Below are positions 9,239-19,643 of a stretch of 64,000 nt of DNA, piece after piece. The position numbers were made by a program, and so were the translations under genes. Every line of letters starts with the position of its first letter. The stretch's first letter is position 1. The stretch spans positions 1,088,001 to 1,152,000 of the forward strand of contig OY969561.1 of NCBI GenBank assembly GCA_963701085.1, read 5' to 3'. The notes below the pieces were generated by a model. It saw only the letters and a list, made by a program, of their open reading frames with translations. It made no database searches and was not told the DNA's origin. The DNA comes from an uncultured bacterium (GTDB taxonomy: Bacteria > Babelota > Babeliae > Babelales > Vermiphilaceae).

Positions 9239-10915
9239 ATGATGTTTTATCTATTAAATTTAATCTGTTCTGGCCTGTTGTTGTGCAGTACATATTCGCT
9301 ATTTTTACCACATCACATTCACGCAGTTGATAGTAAGCACCTGATAGAAACAAAAGATTTTGATTTTGATACCATTTACTTTGATGAGGATGATGATTAT
9401 CAATTTGAAGAATATCTTGATACTGCCGGTATGGACCATATCTCTCGTGCGATAGATCCTTCACAGGTTATGTCTATTCTTAACCTTCTTAAGGTACCCG
9501 CCATTTTAGAAGAGCCTATTTTCTTGCACACCAATATTCTTAATAAACGCAGTTTGCTTGATCAGCCAATTTTTGAGCCAGATAGAGCAGAATTTCCGGG
9601 CAGCTTGGTTGTTGGTGCCAGTGCATTTGTGCATAAAATAGATCGTTCCAATTTCACTAAACATAGCCTCAAGTTGAAGTCATATATCGCGCTCACTGAA
9701 GCATCATTGATTTCTAAGCTTGAAGATACGCTTACTATATTAGATAAGCTCGCGCCAGGTTCTCTTATTGACGTTGCTAAAATATTTTCTCTTTTTGAGA
9801 ACGTGAGCGTGGAAGAGCGGCAAGTTGGGTTTATGTTGCATTGTATGAAGAGCTGGCGTCATACGACTTTGTTTGTGATGATGCCCATTTATTATCTTGA
9901 AAGTAATTATTCTTTTACTCAAAAAGAGCGGGATGCGATAGCCGAAGAGTTGGGAGCTACAGATCCGGAAGAAGAATGGCGATTTGCACAAGCGCATATT
10001 ATTAGCGATAAAATAGGATTTGGTGATCTACGTATAGAGATTGATAATACTACGCTCAAGCGTCCATCTTATACATTGCGCTGTGGTGGTTTTGCAACCA
10101 TTCCAACAGCATGGATCTGGGGAGGAGGTTTTGTAGGTTCACGATTTGCCAAACCTTCAACATTACCAACTCTTGAATTAGATCCTTTTTTTGATGCACT
10201 CGAAAATCCTAGTTTAGGTAAGCAGGATATTAATAAAATTATAGCTGAGTTACTTTTTGATAGTTTGGACCGTGTTGATGCTGATCTTCTTGATGTCCCT
10301 CTTGGTAATAATAAACATCTTGGTATTGGTGGTTATGTACGGGGGAAGTTGCCCTTGCGGCATTATATGAGCACAACGTTTGCTGATAGGATGCACTTGG
10401 CGAGTCGTATATCCTTGGAGTTACAATTTCCTGCAACAGAAAAACGTTTTTATATTAACAAAATTAATGAAGCTGCTTTTGCTGATCGTAATTTTGAAGA
10501 TCTTGATCCTGATGTTGCTGCGGCAAATTTACAATTTCTTAAAGAGCAGGCTATTTCGCGGCTTTTCTTGCGTGCATTTGATACACGCATTATCCCGGGT
10601 GTTATTTTTCGTGCATCGGGAGGCCTGTATTATAAAGGACAAGCATGGGGCTTCAATTTAGGGCCAGATTTTTGGTTGCAGAATAAAGCTCACTTTTCAA
10701 CAATATACGCTCCCGCAAAAACAGTTCATATGCTCGATATTCCCAAAGCAAAGCAGTCTATTGCGTATCAGGCTAAAATTTATGGTGGCATTGTTTTTAA
10801 GCATAAAACAGAAAGAAGTACATGGATTTTTTCACTGAATGCGGATGCTTCACTCTTTGAGCGAGGACTTGGTCAGGATTATACGCTTTCCTTTAATTTT
10901 GAATCAAGCTTTTAA
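9239..10915 (+). CDS. Exported hypothetical protein, possible outer-membrane beta-barrel
   Basis: Signal peptide; alternating-hydrophobic C-terminal strand ending in F. Confidence 0.6.
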   Translation: MMFYLLNLICSGLLLCSTYSLFLPHHIHAVDSKHLIETKDFDFDTIYFDEDDDYQFEEYLDTAGMDHISRAIDPSQVMSILNLLKVPAILEEPIFLHTNILNKRSLLDQPIFEPDRAEFPGSLVVGASAFVHKIDRSNFTKHSLKLKSYIALTEASLISKLEDTLTILDKLAPGSLIDVAKIFSLFENVSVEERQVGFMLHCMKSWRHTTLFVMMPIYYLESNYSFTQKERDAIAEELGATDPEEEWRFAQAHIISDKIGFGDLRIEIDNTTLKRPSYTLRCGGFATIPTAWIWGGGFVGSRFAKPSTLPTLELDPFFDALENPSLGKQDINKIIAELLFDSLDRVDADLLDVPLGNNKHLGIGGYVRGKLPLRHYMSTTFADRMHLASRISLELQFPATEKRFYINKINEAAFADRNFEDLDPDVAAANLQFLKEQAISRLFLRAFDTRIIPGVIFRASGGLYYKGQAWGFNLGPDFWLQNKAHFSTIYAPAKTVHMLDIPKAKQSIAYQAKIYGGIVFKHKTERSTWIFSLNADASLFERGLGQDYTLSFNFESSF

Positions 10916-10920
10916 TCTAC

Positions 10921-11811
10921 ATGTGTAATATGGTAATAAAAAGAATAGAGATAAGAAGATTGGCATATTGTTTGAAAAAGGAGAGTCAATTGAAGAGAAT
11001 AATGTGTGTATTACCATTACTCGTTAGTGCGCTCATAATATATCCATCAGAAAAAAATATTATGCTTGAATCATCAGTAATAAAAGTAGCAGATGGCACG
11101 TTTCTTAATGCCGATAAAATAGAGTTTATTAGAAAATTTCGTCGAACATTACTTACGTTTATTTTTGGTGACCAGCTCTCTAATAATCAACGCAAGGGTA
11201 AGTACTTCTTTTGTGGTAAGTGGCATGGTGTAGAGTCTCTTGCCCGCATTGAGCAAGAATTGGCTACTTCAACACGCAAAGAAGATGTTGAAAAACGACT
11301 TGCAATTGAAGAATTGTTAACGCACGCTAAAGCGGATTTTATTGTCCAATCAAGTGAATTTATCGAAAGTGGACGTGGTGCAAAAAACATTATGGTTGTG
11401 CTTATTCAAGAAGATTGTCAAAAGCGTAATCGCCTGGATAGTTTGTTGTTAGATTGGGCTAAGACCAAAGAAGGGCAAGAATCAACAATGTTTGAACGTC
11501 AGATCACCAGTTTTGGTCATTATTATTATTTTTTGACTGATTTGGTGAATTTTTTATTGGATCTTGTCCATAGTTGTCCCAAAGCAGAAAAACAGTTTAA
11601 AGATCGTGTTGCAAAGTGGAGTGCTGTTAAAGCGATACTACCAACTGTGTTAAAAAAAGCGCATGTAAAAAATGAGTATGTTAATGAAATTGAATTTCTT
11701 AAATATCTTAAAGAGCGGTATCTTGATTCAATAATGCTGAATGAGATTACTCCTCAGGTTATTGTTCCTTTATTAACAGAATATATAAAACATACGAATG
11801 CACATGCCTGA
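10921..11811 (+). CDS. Hypothetical protein (start uncertain)
   Basis: 296-aa ORF overlapping the recD2 start. Confidence 0.7.
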   Translation: MCNMVIKRIEIRRLAYCLKKESQLKRIMCVLPLLVSALIIYPSEKNIMLESSVIKVADGTFLNADKIEFIRKFRRTLLTFIFGDQLSNNQRKGKYFFCGKWHGVESLARIEQELATSTRKEDVEKRLAIEELLTHAKADFIVQSSEFIESGRGAKNIMVVLIQEDCQKRNRLDSLLLDWAKTKEGQESTMFERQITSFGHYYYFLTDLVNFLLDLVHSCPKAEKQFKDRVAKWSAVKAILPTVLKKAHVKNEYVNEIEFLKYLKERYLDSIMLNEITPQVIVPLLTEYIKHTNAHA

Positions 11812-14092
11812 AATTGAATCCTTACAAGGAGTTGTTGATCGCGTTATTTATCAAAATCAAGAAAATGGCTTTGCTGTTTTTGTTATCCAACTGAACGCAA
11901 AAAATAGTGTTACTGTCAAAGGATGTGTGCCGACAATTACTGCTGGCGAACAGGTATTGGTGAGCGGCGTTTGGAATATGCATCAAAAATTTGGCAAACA
12001 GTTTGATGCGCAATCATGTGAAAAGCAGGCGCCGACTTCTATTCTTGGTCTTAAAAAATATTTGGGTTCGGGGCTTATCAAAGGTATTGGTCCGGTTTAT
12101 GGTGATAAGCTGGTAGCAGCTTTTGGTGAAAAAGTTCTTGAAGTTATTGATCAACATCCTGAGCGTCTTATGTCTGTTCCCGGTATTGGTGCTAAGCGTG
12201 TTGAAAAAATTGTCACTGCCTGGAAAGATCAAAAAGAGATTTCCAACATCATGGTTTTTTTGCAAAATAAAGGAATTTCTTCTACCTATGCAGTAAAAAT
12301 TTATAAGCAGTACAAAGAAAACGCTATTGCTATTATTGAGGAAAATCCATATCGCCTTGCACAAGATATGTGGGGTATTGGTTTTAAGACTGCTGATCAG
12401 ATAGCGCAAAAAAGTGGTATTGCTCCTGATTGTAAGCGACGCATTGTGGCAGCAATTTTACATGTTATTCAGACAACATCGAGTGATGGTAATTTGTATA
12501 TACAGCTCGAATTGCTTAAAAAAGAGATGGCAGAGTTGCTTGAGTTGGAACTTGAAGGCATTCAGCATACAACAAAATGTGCGCTGCATGATCTGTATAA
12601 TGCTGATAAAATAAAATTATTAACGCATAACGATATTCATTATATTACGTTGCCTTCATTTTATTTTTCTGAAAAAGGTATTGCGCATAAAATTGATAAA
12701 ATGGTCACATCGGCACCACATCATACATTTGATTTGGAGAAAATAAAAAAAAATTTATGGAATGATTCCTGTTTAAATCATTCTTCCCGCGCTCGTCCTG
12801 AACCTGTTGAAGGATGTCCCCGAGCGCTCGAAGAAACCCTTCAACAAGTTCAGGGCGAGCGCAAGGAGATGCATAACAATGGTATTGCCCTTAATGAACA
12901 GCAGCAGGAAGGTGTGCTCGCCTGTTTGCAGCACAAAGTTACTATTATTACTGGTGGCCCGGGAACGGGTAAAACAACACTTATTAAAAAATTATTAATG
13001 CTGCTTGATCTACAACGAGTTAAATATGCACTTGCAGCCCCAACAGGAAGAGCGGCAAAACGTATTACGGAAGGCACAGGAAGGCCCGCTTCTACTATTC
13101 ATCGGTTGCTTGATTTTGATGTAAGTACCATGTCTTTTAGATACAATGAATCCCATCCTCTTGCGGTTGATTATCTGATTGTTGATGAAGCATCGATGAT
13201 TGATGTGTTTCTTGCGAACGCATTGATTAAAGCATTGCCAGCATCGGCACATCTTGTGTTGATTGGTGATATTGATCAGTTGCCATCAGTTGGTGCGGGT
13301 AATTTTTTACATGATATGATTGCGAGTAAAAAAATTGCCACCATAAGTCTTAAGCATATATTTAGGCAAGCGCAAGATAGCCTTATTATTATTAATGCCC
13401 ATCGTATTAACAATGGAGAATTCCCAACGACGGAACATGAAAATTCGCGCAAAGATTTTATTTTTATTAAAGAAGATAATCCAGAAAATATACCAATGCA
13501 TTTGGAAGCTATTTATAGTAAAGCATTACGTCATTATGGCATCCACAAAGATGATACAATTGTACTCACACCGATGCATCGTGGCGTTGCAGGAACACAA
13601 AAATTAAATCATGATTTGCAACAGCTGTTGAATGGTAATAATGGTGGACCGGCTGTTGGGTATGCAGGAGCGCAGTTTCAGGTTGGTGATCGAGTGATGC
13701 AGCTGCGTAATAATTATGATAAAAATGTGTTTAATGGTGATATTGGGGTTATTGAAAGCATTAATGCAGAAGATAAAATAGTGCACGTACGTTTTTTTGA
13801 AAATATTGTTGATTATGAAACATCAGATCTTAATGAATTGGTGCATGCGTATGCAATTTCTATTCATAAAAGCCAAGGATCTGAATTTTCTGCCGTTATT
13901 ATTCCGGTTTTTATGCAGCATTTTATGATGCTGCAACGAAATTTACTGTATACCGCCGTTACGCGTGCAAAAAAATTATGTATAATCATAGGGCAATCGC
14001 GTGCTATTGCAATGGGAATAAAAAATAATAAAAGCAGCGAGCGTATTACGTTTTTACAACAATTTTTGACAACAGATTTAGCATGCCGATAA
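11804..14092 (+). CDS. recD2: RecD2-like ATP-dependent helicase with in-frame repeat insertion
   Basis: GIGP HhH, GGPGTGKT, APTGRAAKR, DEASM, HKSQGSEF motifs. Confidence 0.95.
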   Translation: MPEIESLQGVVDRVIYQNQENGFAVFVIQLNAKNSVTVKGCVPTITAGEQVLVSGVWNMHQKFGKQFDAQSCEKQAPTSILGLKKYLGSGLIKGIGPVYGDKLVAAFGEKVLEVIDQHPERLMSVPGIGAKRVEKIVTAWKDQKEISNIMVFLQNKGISSTYAVKIYKQYKENAIAIIEENPYRLAQDMWGIGFKTADQIAQKSGIAPDCKRRIVAAILHVIQTTSSDGNLYIQLELLKKEMAELLELELEGIQHTTKCALHDLYNADKIKLLTHNDIHYITLPSFYFSEKGIAHKIDKMVTSAPHHTFDLEKIKKNLWNDSCLNHSSRARPEPVEGCPRALEETLQQVQGERKEMHNNGIALNEQQQEGVLACLQHKVTIITGGPGTGKTTLIKKLLMLLDLQRVKYALAAPTGRAAKRITEGTGRPASTIHRLLDFDVSTMSFRYNESHPLAVDYLIVDEASMIDVFLANALIKALPASAHLVLIGDIDQLPSVGAGNFLHDMIASKKIATISLKHIFRQAQDSLIIINAHRINNGEFPTTEHENSRKDFIFIKEDNPENIPMHLEAIYSKALRHYGIHKDDTIVLTPMHRGVAGTQKLNHDLQQLLNGNNGGPAVGYAGAQFQVGDRVMQLRNNYDKNVFNGDIGVIESINAEDKIVHVRFFENIVDYETSDLNELVHAYAISIHKSQGSEFSAVIIPVFMQHFMMLQRNLLYTAVTRAKKLCIIIGQSRAIAMGIKNNKSSERITFLQQFLTTDLACR
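12788..12862. repeat. Empty family-A doublet read in-frame within recD2
   Basis: Two inverted arms fused at cgagcgctcg; encodes RARPEPVEGCPRALEETLQQVQGER. Confidence 0.9.
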
Positions 14093-14748
14093 AAAAAATA
14101 ATTTTTTGTTTATGCATCATGGGCATAACCTTGCCTATTATTGTACGGGAAAAACAACCACGTATTGTTGTTATTGATCCTGCTGGTGATGCTAAACGTA
14201 CTGGTAGACGCATTGGTGATAGTTTTGAGCGTGGTCTGACATTGCAGTGTGTTGAAAAAATAAAAGAGATCATTGGAGAACGTGCTCCGCATATTAAAGT
14301 TGTTCTGACGCGCATGCCGGGTGATAATGTGTATGACTTACAAAATGCATCTTTGTCTAATCGCATTCATGCAGATCTTTTTGTGAGTCTCAATTTTTAT
14401 CATACGCAAGAAACTAAGCCTACTCTGTATCTGTACCAATTTTCTTATGGCAATGATTTTGCATGTTGTCAGCAAGGTTTAACATTACAGAGCTATGACC
14501 AGGCATATAGAATTAATAAAGAGACAACTGATGCGATGTGTCAGTTGTTTCAAAAAGAGCTTTTGCAACAAAAATACCATTCGCTTTGTACAGTTGCAGG
14601 GCCTTATCATTTGCCGATAAAACCATTAATTGGTATTGTCGCACCAAGTATTGCGGTTGAAGTGGGATTAAAAGGTAAAGATTTGTGGCATTATTATAGT
14701 GAGCCGTTGGCAAATGCTATTATTACCATTGTTGATGAGTTGGAATAA
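14083..14748 (+). CDS. N-acetylmuramoyl-L-alanine amidase (Amidase_3)-like protein lacking Zn-ligand histidines
   Basis: VVIDP, VVLTR, ADLFVSL, PSIAVEVG motifs. Confidence 0.8.
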   Translation: MPIKKIIFCLCIMGITLPIIVREKQPRIVVIDPAGDAKRTGRRIGDSFERGLTLQCVEKIKEIIGERAPHIKVVLTRMPGDNVYDLQNASLSNRIHADLFVSLNFYHTQETKPTLYLYQFSYGNDFACCQQGLTLQSYDQAYRINKETTDAMCQLFQKELLQQKYHSLCTVAGPYHLPIKPLIGIVAPSIAVEVGLKGKDLWHYYSEPLANAIITIVDELE

Positions 14749-14814
14749 GCGATCAGATCTTTTTTGTAAAGAGTGAATATAATAATATGGTATCTATCAA
14801 AGTAGATTATGTCC

Positions 14815-15222
14815 TTCCCGCGCTCGTCCTGAACTTGTTGAAGGATGTCCTAGAGCGCTCTTAATAGAGATAATAAATATGCAAAATCATTTTTACATGT
14901 ACATTTTAAAATGCATAAATGGTGCATATTATGTTGGACATACAGATAATATTGATAAAAGAATGTCCGAACATAATTTAGGTTTAATTAGTGGTTGTTA
15001 TACTAAAAATAAATGGCCCCTAGAGCTTGTGTGTCTTGAAGTTTTTTCAACGAGAGATGATGCATTTCATGCGGAGAGACAAGTTAAAGGTTGGTCGCGC
15101 AAGAAAAAAGAAGCTTTTATACAAAATGATTGGGACAAAATTAAAAAACTTAATTTTTTACAAAAATAATGATGGGGAGCGCTCGAGGACATCCTTCAAC
15201 AAGTTCAGGACGAGCGCGGGAA
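14815..15222 (+). mobile_element. GIY-YIG cassette 2 bounded by inverted family-A repeats
   Basis: 14815-14860 and 15177-15222 are inverted repeats matching at 45/46 nt. Confidence 0.85.
14879..15169 (+). CDS. Small GIY-YIG endonuclease, copy 2
   Basis: About 74% identical to 3357-3704 over 96 aa (counted by eye). Confidence 0.92.
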   Translation: MQNHFYMYILKCINGAYYVGHTDNIDKRMSEHNLGLISGCYTKNKWPLELVCLEVFSTRDDAFHAERQVKGWSRKKKEAFIQNDWDKIKKLNFLQK

Positions 15223-15245
15223 AGCAAGAATAATTTGAGGTAACC

Positions 15246-15791
15246 ATGAATAATATCTCTCGTTCTCATATAATCATCGTCAGCACCTCTTTTATATCAG
15301 CACTCCTTTTTTTTGCCATATATAACCAATGGATATTATTCCGTGCACCTTGGAGCGCGAATTATGGTAGTGATAGTGCATCAGTTATACAAAAGAAACA
15401 GGTGACGCATTATTATTTTCATGGTGATAAGTGGAAAACAGAAAAGCAGGAATTGTTGTGGACAGAAAGTGTTGAGAAAAATATTTTTCAACTTATCAAT
15501 GCGTGGCTTACGCTTTTAGATGAAGAGCACATCACGGCAAAGAAAACAATGCTGCAGTCGGCATTGATCTCAACAGCCGGCTGTGTGTATCTCTCTTTTG
15601 ATCATAATATTTTGGGTAAAGAAGAGACGATTTTTAGAAAATGGATGCTTATTGAGGGATTACTTAAAACAATCATCTTACATGATATTCCCATTAAAAA
15701 CGTACAATTTCTTGTCCAACACCAGCCGCTCCACGATGCTCATCTTGATTTTTCTCTGCCATGGCCAATTCATGGATTTATAAAAAGCTAA
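15246..15791 (+). CDS. GerMN-like membrane-anchored protein
   Basis: N-terminal TM; VYLSFD, LLKTI, IKNVQFLV, HLDFS motifs; follows amidase. Confidence 0.65.
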   Translation: MNNISRSHIIIVSTSFISALLFFAIYNQWILFRAPWSANYGSDSASVIQKKQVTHYYFHGDKWKTEKQELLWTESVEKNIFQLINAWLTLLDEEHITAKKTMLQSALISTAGCVYLSFDHNILGKEETIFRKWMLIEGLLKTIILHDIPIKNVQFLVQHQPLHDAHLDFSLPWPIHGFIKS

Positions 15792-15883
15792 ATTAGGTGT
15801 TACTACAATATTCTTATTTTTTTAACTTTATTAATTATACTAACGTATGATTTTTTTGTTTTTTTACCTAGAAGGATAGGTTT

Positions 15884-16525
15884 ATGTATAAGAAGGTAAG
15901 TAGTGGTATTCTTGTTGTTGGTTTTTTTAGTTTATGTGGTGTTACTTTTGGAATGGAGCGGGAGCATGTTTTAATGCAGTTAATGCGGAAAGATATTATT
16001 CCTATTTTGTTGCTGAATGATTATATAATTAATGCTCCAACAGCATATCAGGCTTTGCTCAGAGAGGCATCCCTTGGACAAGATATAATGAAGCCCATGA
16101 TTAACAGTACAAATGAACAAATGAGACAATATTATGAAGAAAAGGGTGTGGTTCATCGAGTCCCTGATGCTAAAACGTGCAAAAGAGTGACAAGTTATTA
16201 TGTACAGAATCCTTGTTTTAGAAAGGCAGCAATTTTGTATCAGAATGAATTTGGATTAGATGCTGCCAATGATTCTAGCGCTTCTCTAAGAATACGTACG
16301 CTGAATTATCGTATTTCTCCCTCAAATTTTAAATCAGTTATGCATTGTGAATATCATCGTATTCTCGAAAATCTTGGTGTATCAATTAAAAAGGATCTTG
16401 TTTTTTGGTTGTCAGATAAATGGAAACCGGTTTTTATTGAGTTATATGCACCGGATGAGCCTTCTGATTGGATCAGAATTGAAAACTATTACGGATACAT
16501 TAATGATAATTGTTTCTGTTTTTGA
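15884..16525 (+). CDS. Secreted hypothetical protein
   Basis: Signal peptide TFG|ME. Confidence 0.75.
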   Translation: MYKKVSSGILVVGFFSLCGVTFGMEREHVLMQLMRKDIIPILLLNDYIINAPTAYQALLREASLGQDIMKPMINSTNEQMRQYYEEKGVVHRVPDAKTCKRVTSYYVQNPCFRKAAILYQNEFGLDAANDSSASLRIRTLNYRISPSNFKSVMHCEYHRILENLGVSIKKDLVFWLSDKWKPVFIELYAPDEPSDWIRIENYYGYINDNCFCF

Positions 16526-16540
16526 TGAGAATGATTTGCA

Positions 16541-18094
16541 TTATAATTCCAGTTTTTTTTGAGAATAGAGTGTATCAAAATGTTGATTTACTTTATTTTC
16601 ACTCTCATATTTCAATAATGCAGTACCCTCGAATAATTCTTTAAATTCTGCAAATGCATAACGATTTTCATCAAACAGAGAGTTGTTGCACAATGAATCA
16701 TGTACAGCAGCAATATCAAGTTCTTTTATTACCGTATAGGCTTGGTATTGTGTAGCTGTTGGGGTTGTTTTTGTAAGCCGTGCGTTGTTATATTTTTTTA
16801 CTAATGTGCAAAAAAGAGAAATATATTGTCTTATATTTTCAGGAGAGTGTTTTGAATCAAAAAACCTACAAAATAGCTCTTTAATTGATGGAAATGATTC
16901 AAATCCAATAATGTTAGCAGCAAGATCATCCTCATTAATTATATCTCGCGCGTTTTTTGCTTTATCAATCATTTGTATAAGATGGTAGAGATCATAGGTG
17001 GTGCCATTGTGGAGTAACAGATCATAAGCATGAGTGTAAAATTCATTTTTAAAATCTACGTAAGAACCTTGTGAATAATCCTGTAATAGTATGCCGTCAT
17101 TTTCATACAAATAAGTCGTGAAAATATTTACAGATCCAATATCAAGCTCTTGCATAGCATGCCGTAAAGCGCAGGTGAGTTGAAAAAAGGCTGGATATGT
17201 TAAGAAGTCATTATGTGTATGTGTTGTATTCGTAACAGTCTGTTCGTTTGTATCAGATGGTGCAGTGAGGATGTCTTTAAGGCGGGTTTTTTTTGCACCA
17301 AAGTGAAGAGGTGGTTGTTCACCTGTTTCACGTACCGTTAGGTTGTATTTTTTTAAAAGACTGAAAAAAAGAGGGTAGAATGGGGTCATATCAATATCAT
17401 TAATAGTCAAAATTCCTTTTTTATTATACGCAAACCGCCCCATACTATCTTCATGTATACCGCTATTTCTTGCCTCATTCATATGTTGGATTAAGCGAAC
17501 AAGTTTTTTATTTTGATATTTTTGCTCAAGTCGTTTTCCATATTCACCACAGACAATACGGCAAGATTCATTGTACAGTGATTGCATCATATTTTCATCA
17601 GGTCGTAAGGAGTTGGTGAGTAAAAGTGGCTTTTGCACGGATGTGCCCTTCGTAGCCTTGGCGAAGTAGGGTTCTTGCTCAGTAGATTTACTCTGTTTTT
17701 TGTAGACGGGGGTAAGAAGTTGAGCCTCATTAGTAGTTGCCACTGGTTGGTCACGTTTATAGGTCATATCCATGACTTTATTATATAGTGGCCAATTTGT
17801 ATTGACGATTTGATCATAGGTTTGTTGTTTATTTACGTCTGGCTGCACATTGGTATGTATGGGTTGGGAATAGGGGTTTGGGTCAAAAATAACCAAAGGA
17901 TGTCCTGTTGGGGTGATACAGGGCCAGTTGCGTTCATATGTCATATTTGTAAAACGTTCCCAACCAAGCTCATTTGCTTTGAACACAGGCACATTTTGTG
18001 GCGCAGGATGATGAATTTTGGGACGTTCTCGTTCCATGCATGAGGTGGTGAGAGTAGTGATGGTCAGAAATAAAGAGAGATATATTTTTTTCAT
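16541..18094 (-). CDS. Secreted orphan protein, paralogue 1 of 3; family-B unit in-frame at 17642-17671
   Basis: Shared motifs MTYKRDQ, EDSMG, KKYNN, DSLCNNSLF. Confidence 0.85.
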   Translation of the reverse strand: MKKIYLSLFLTITTLTTSCMERERPKIHHPAPQNVPVFKANELGWERFTNMTYERNWPCITPTGHPLVIFDPNPYSQPIHTNVQPDVNKQQTYDQIVNTNWPLYNKVMDMTYKRDQPVATTNEAQLLTPVYKKQSKSTEQEPYFAKATKGTSVQKPLLLTNSLRPDENMMQSLYNESCRIVCGEYGKRLEQKYQNKKLVRLIQHMNEARNSGIHEDSMGRFAYNKKGILTINDIDMTPFYPLFFSLLKKYNLTVRETGEQPPLHFGAKKTRLKDILTAPSDTNEQTVTNTTHTHNDFLTYPAFFQLTCALRHAMQELDIGSVNIFTTYLYENDGILLQDYSQGSYVDFKNEFYTHAYDLLLHNGTTYDLYHLIQMIDKAKNARDIINEDDLAANIIGFESFPSIKELFCRFFDSKHSPENIRQYISLFCTLVKKYNNARLTKTTPTATQYQAYTVIKELDIAAVHDSLCNNSLFDENRYAFAEFKELFEGTALLKYESENKVNQHFDTLYSQKKLEL

Positions 18095-18097
18095 AGG

Positions 18098-19639
18098 TTA
18101 TTTCCTTGGAGGATAAAATTGATCAATACATTCCTGTATATTTTCGTCAGAAGAGTTAGTTAATATTCTTATATTATCAATTAATTCTTTAAATTCATCA
18201 AATGCATATATTGTTTTGTTGAACAGCGTATTATCACATGAATCAGGTAAGGCAAAATCGGAGTTATAATAGCGGAATTCGTTATAAGCTTCGAATTGAT
18301 TATATGTTGGTGTTTTTTTATCTTTTCGTTGATTATTGTATTTTTTTATGAGAAGGCAAAGAATACCAATAAGTTTTTTTGTGTAAAATGTATTATGAAT
18401 TTTTCCTGCGACAGGGCTTAAGAATGTAAAAAGTTTTTCTGTTGCTGTTAGTTCTGATTCAATAATATCATAGCCAAAATCATATTCTTGTTTTTCAGGA
18501 ATTAATGTTGTTCCGGCTTCGATTATTTTTATTACATCATACAGGCGGCTATTTATTGACCCTTGAAATTCTTTTTCATATATGGTGAGCAAGACTATAG
18601 GGTATGTCAGTTTATAAAACTTATCTTTTAAATTAGCATATGATAATGGTAAGTAATCATTTTGTGGAATTTCTTTGTTTGAATAGACATAAAAAAGAAA
18701 ATTCTTCATCATGCCGTTTCTGTGTTGCTTACTTGCATACGATTCTAAATTATAAAATGCAGGATAGTTACGGCATACTGATACAGGGTCATATGCATAA
18801 TTGATTTTGTTTGTGTTGGCAGAAGATGGAAGGTCAAGAATTTTGGCAAGTCGGTTGTTAGTTGTTTGGGTTGATGATAACTCATTATTATTTGGAAGAG
18901 GTTCCTTTGTGTTGTTGACCGTCAGGTTATAGTGTTTTAAATAACCAAAAAAAAGCACCATTTTTTCTTCTAATCCTTCTTGGTTATCCAGCCATTTATC
19001 ATATGAATATTTTCCCATAACATCTTCGTCTATATTTTTATTCTTTGCAGTATTCATATCAGTAATCAAAGTTATAAGAGTTTTTGTAGAAGGGTTTTTA
19101 ATAATAGTGAATGCATTATCATATAATTGTTGCATATCAGTATTAGGTTGCACCTGAGGCTTTGTTAGCAACAAAGTCTTTTTTTCGCGCGTTCTTTTTG
19201 ACGTGTGCTTGTCCGCCGTAGTTTTACCGTGTCCTCCGATCTGTCCTCCGTAGCCTTCGGCGAAGGATGGAACGAAGGAGGATAAAGAAGTGTAGGTAGA
19301 GGTTGTGTTGTCTTCAGGTACTGTTTGTACGTAGACGGGAACAAGAAGATCATTTGCATTGGTAGATACCACCGGTTGGTCATGTTTATAGGTCATATCC
19401 ATGATTTCATTATATTTTTGCCAATTTGTATCGACGATTCGTTTATAGGTTTGTTGATTATTTACTATGTCTGGCTGCGTATTGGTATGTATGGGTTGGG
19501 GGAGGAATGGGGTTTGGCTAAAAATAGTTAAAGGGAATCCTGTTAGATTGGTGGTACAGGGCCAGTGGCGTTGTTGTTCCATGCATGAGGTGGTGAGAGT
19601 AGTGATGGTCAGAAATAAAGAGAGATACATTTTTTTCAT
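18098..19639 (-). CDS. Secreted orphan protein, paralogue 2 of 3; nested family-B composite in-frame at about 19208-19296
   Basis: Signal peptide nearly identical to paralogue 1; C-terminal half similar to paralogue 3. Confidence 0.85.
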   Translation of the reverse strand: MKKMYLSLFLTITTLTTSCMEQQRHWPCTTNLTGFPLTIFSQTPFLPQPIHTNTQPDIVNNQQTYKRIVDTNWQKYNEIMDMTYKHDQPVVSTNANDLLVPVYVQTVPEDNTTSTYTSLSSFVPSFAEGYGGQIGGHGKTTADKHTSKRTREKKTLLLTKPQVQPNTDMQQLYDNAFTIIKNPSTKTLITLITDMNTAKNKNIDEDVMGKYSYDKWLDNQEGLEEKMVLFFGYLKHYNLTVNNTKEPLPNNNELSSTQTTNNRLAKILDLPSSANTNKINYAYDPVSVCRNYPAFYNLESYASKQHRNGMMKNFLFYVYSNKEIPQNDYLPLSYANLKDKFYKLTYPIVLLTIYEKEFQGSINSRLYDVIKIIEAGTTLIPEKQEYDFGYDIIESELTATEKLFTFLSPVAGKIHNTFYTKKLIGILCLLIKKYNNQRKDKKTPTYNQFEAYNEFRYYNSDFALPDSCDNTLFNKTIYAFDEFKELIDNIRILTNSSDENIQECIDQFYPPRK

Positions 19640-19643
19640 AATG

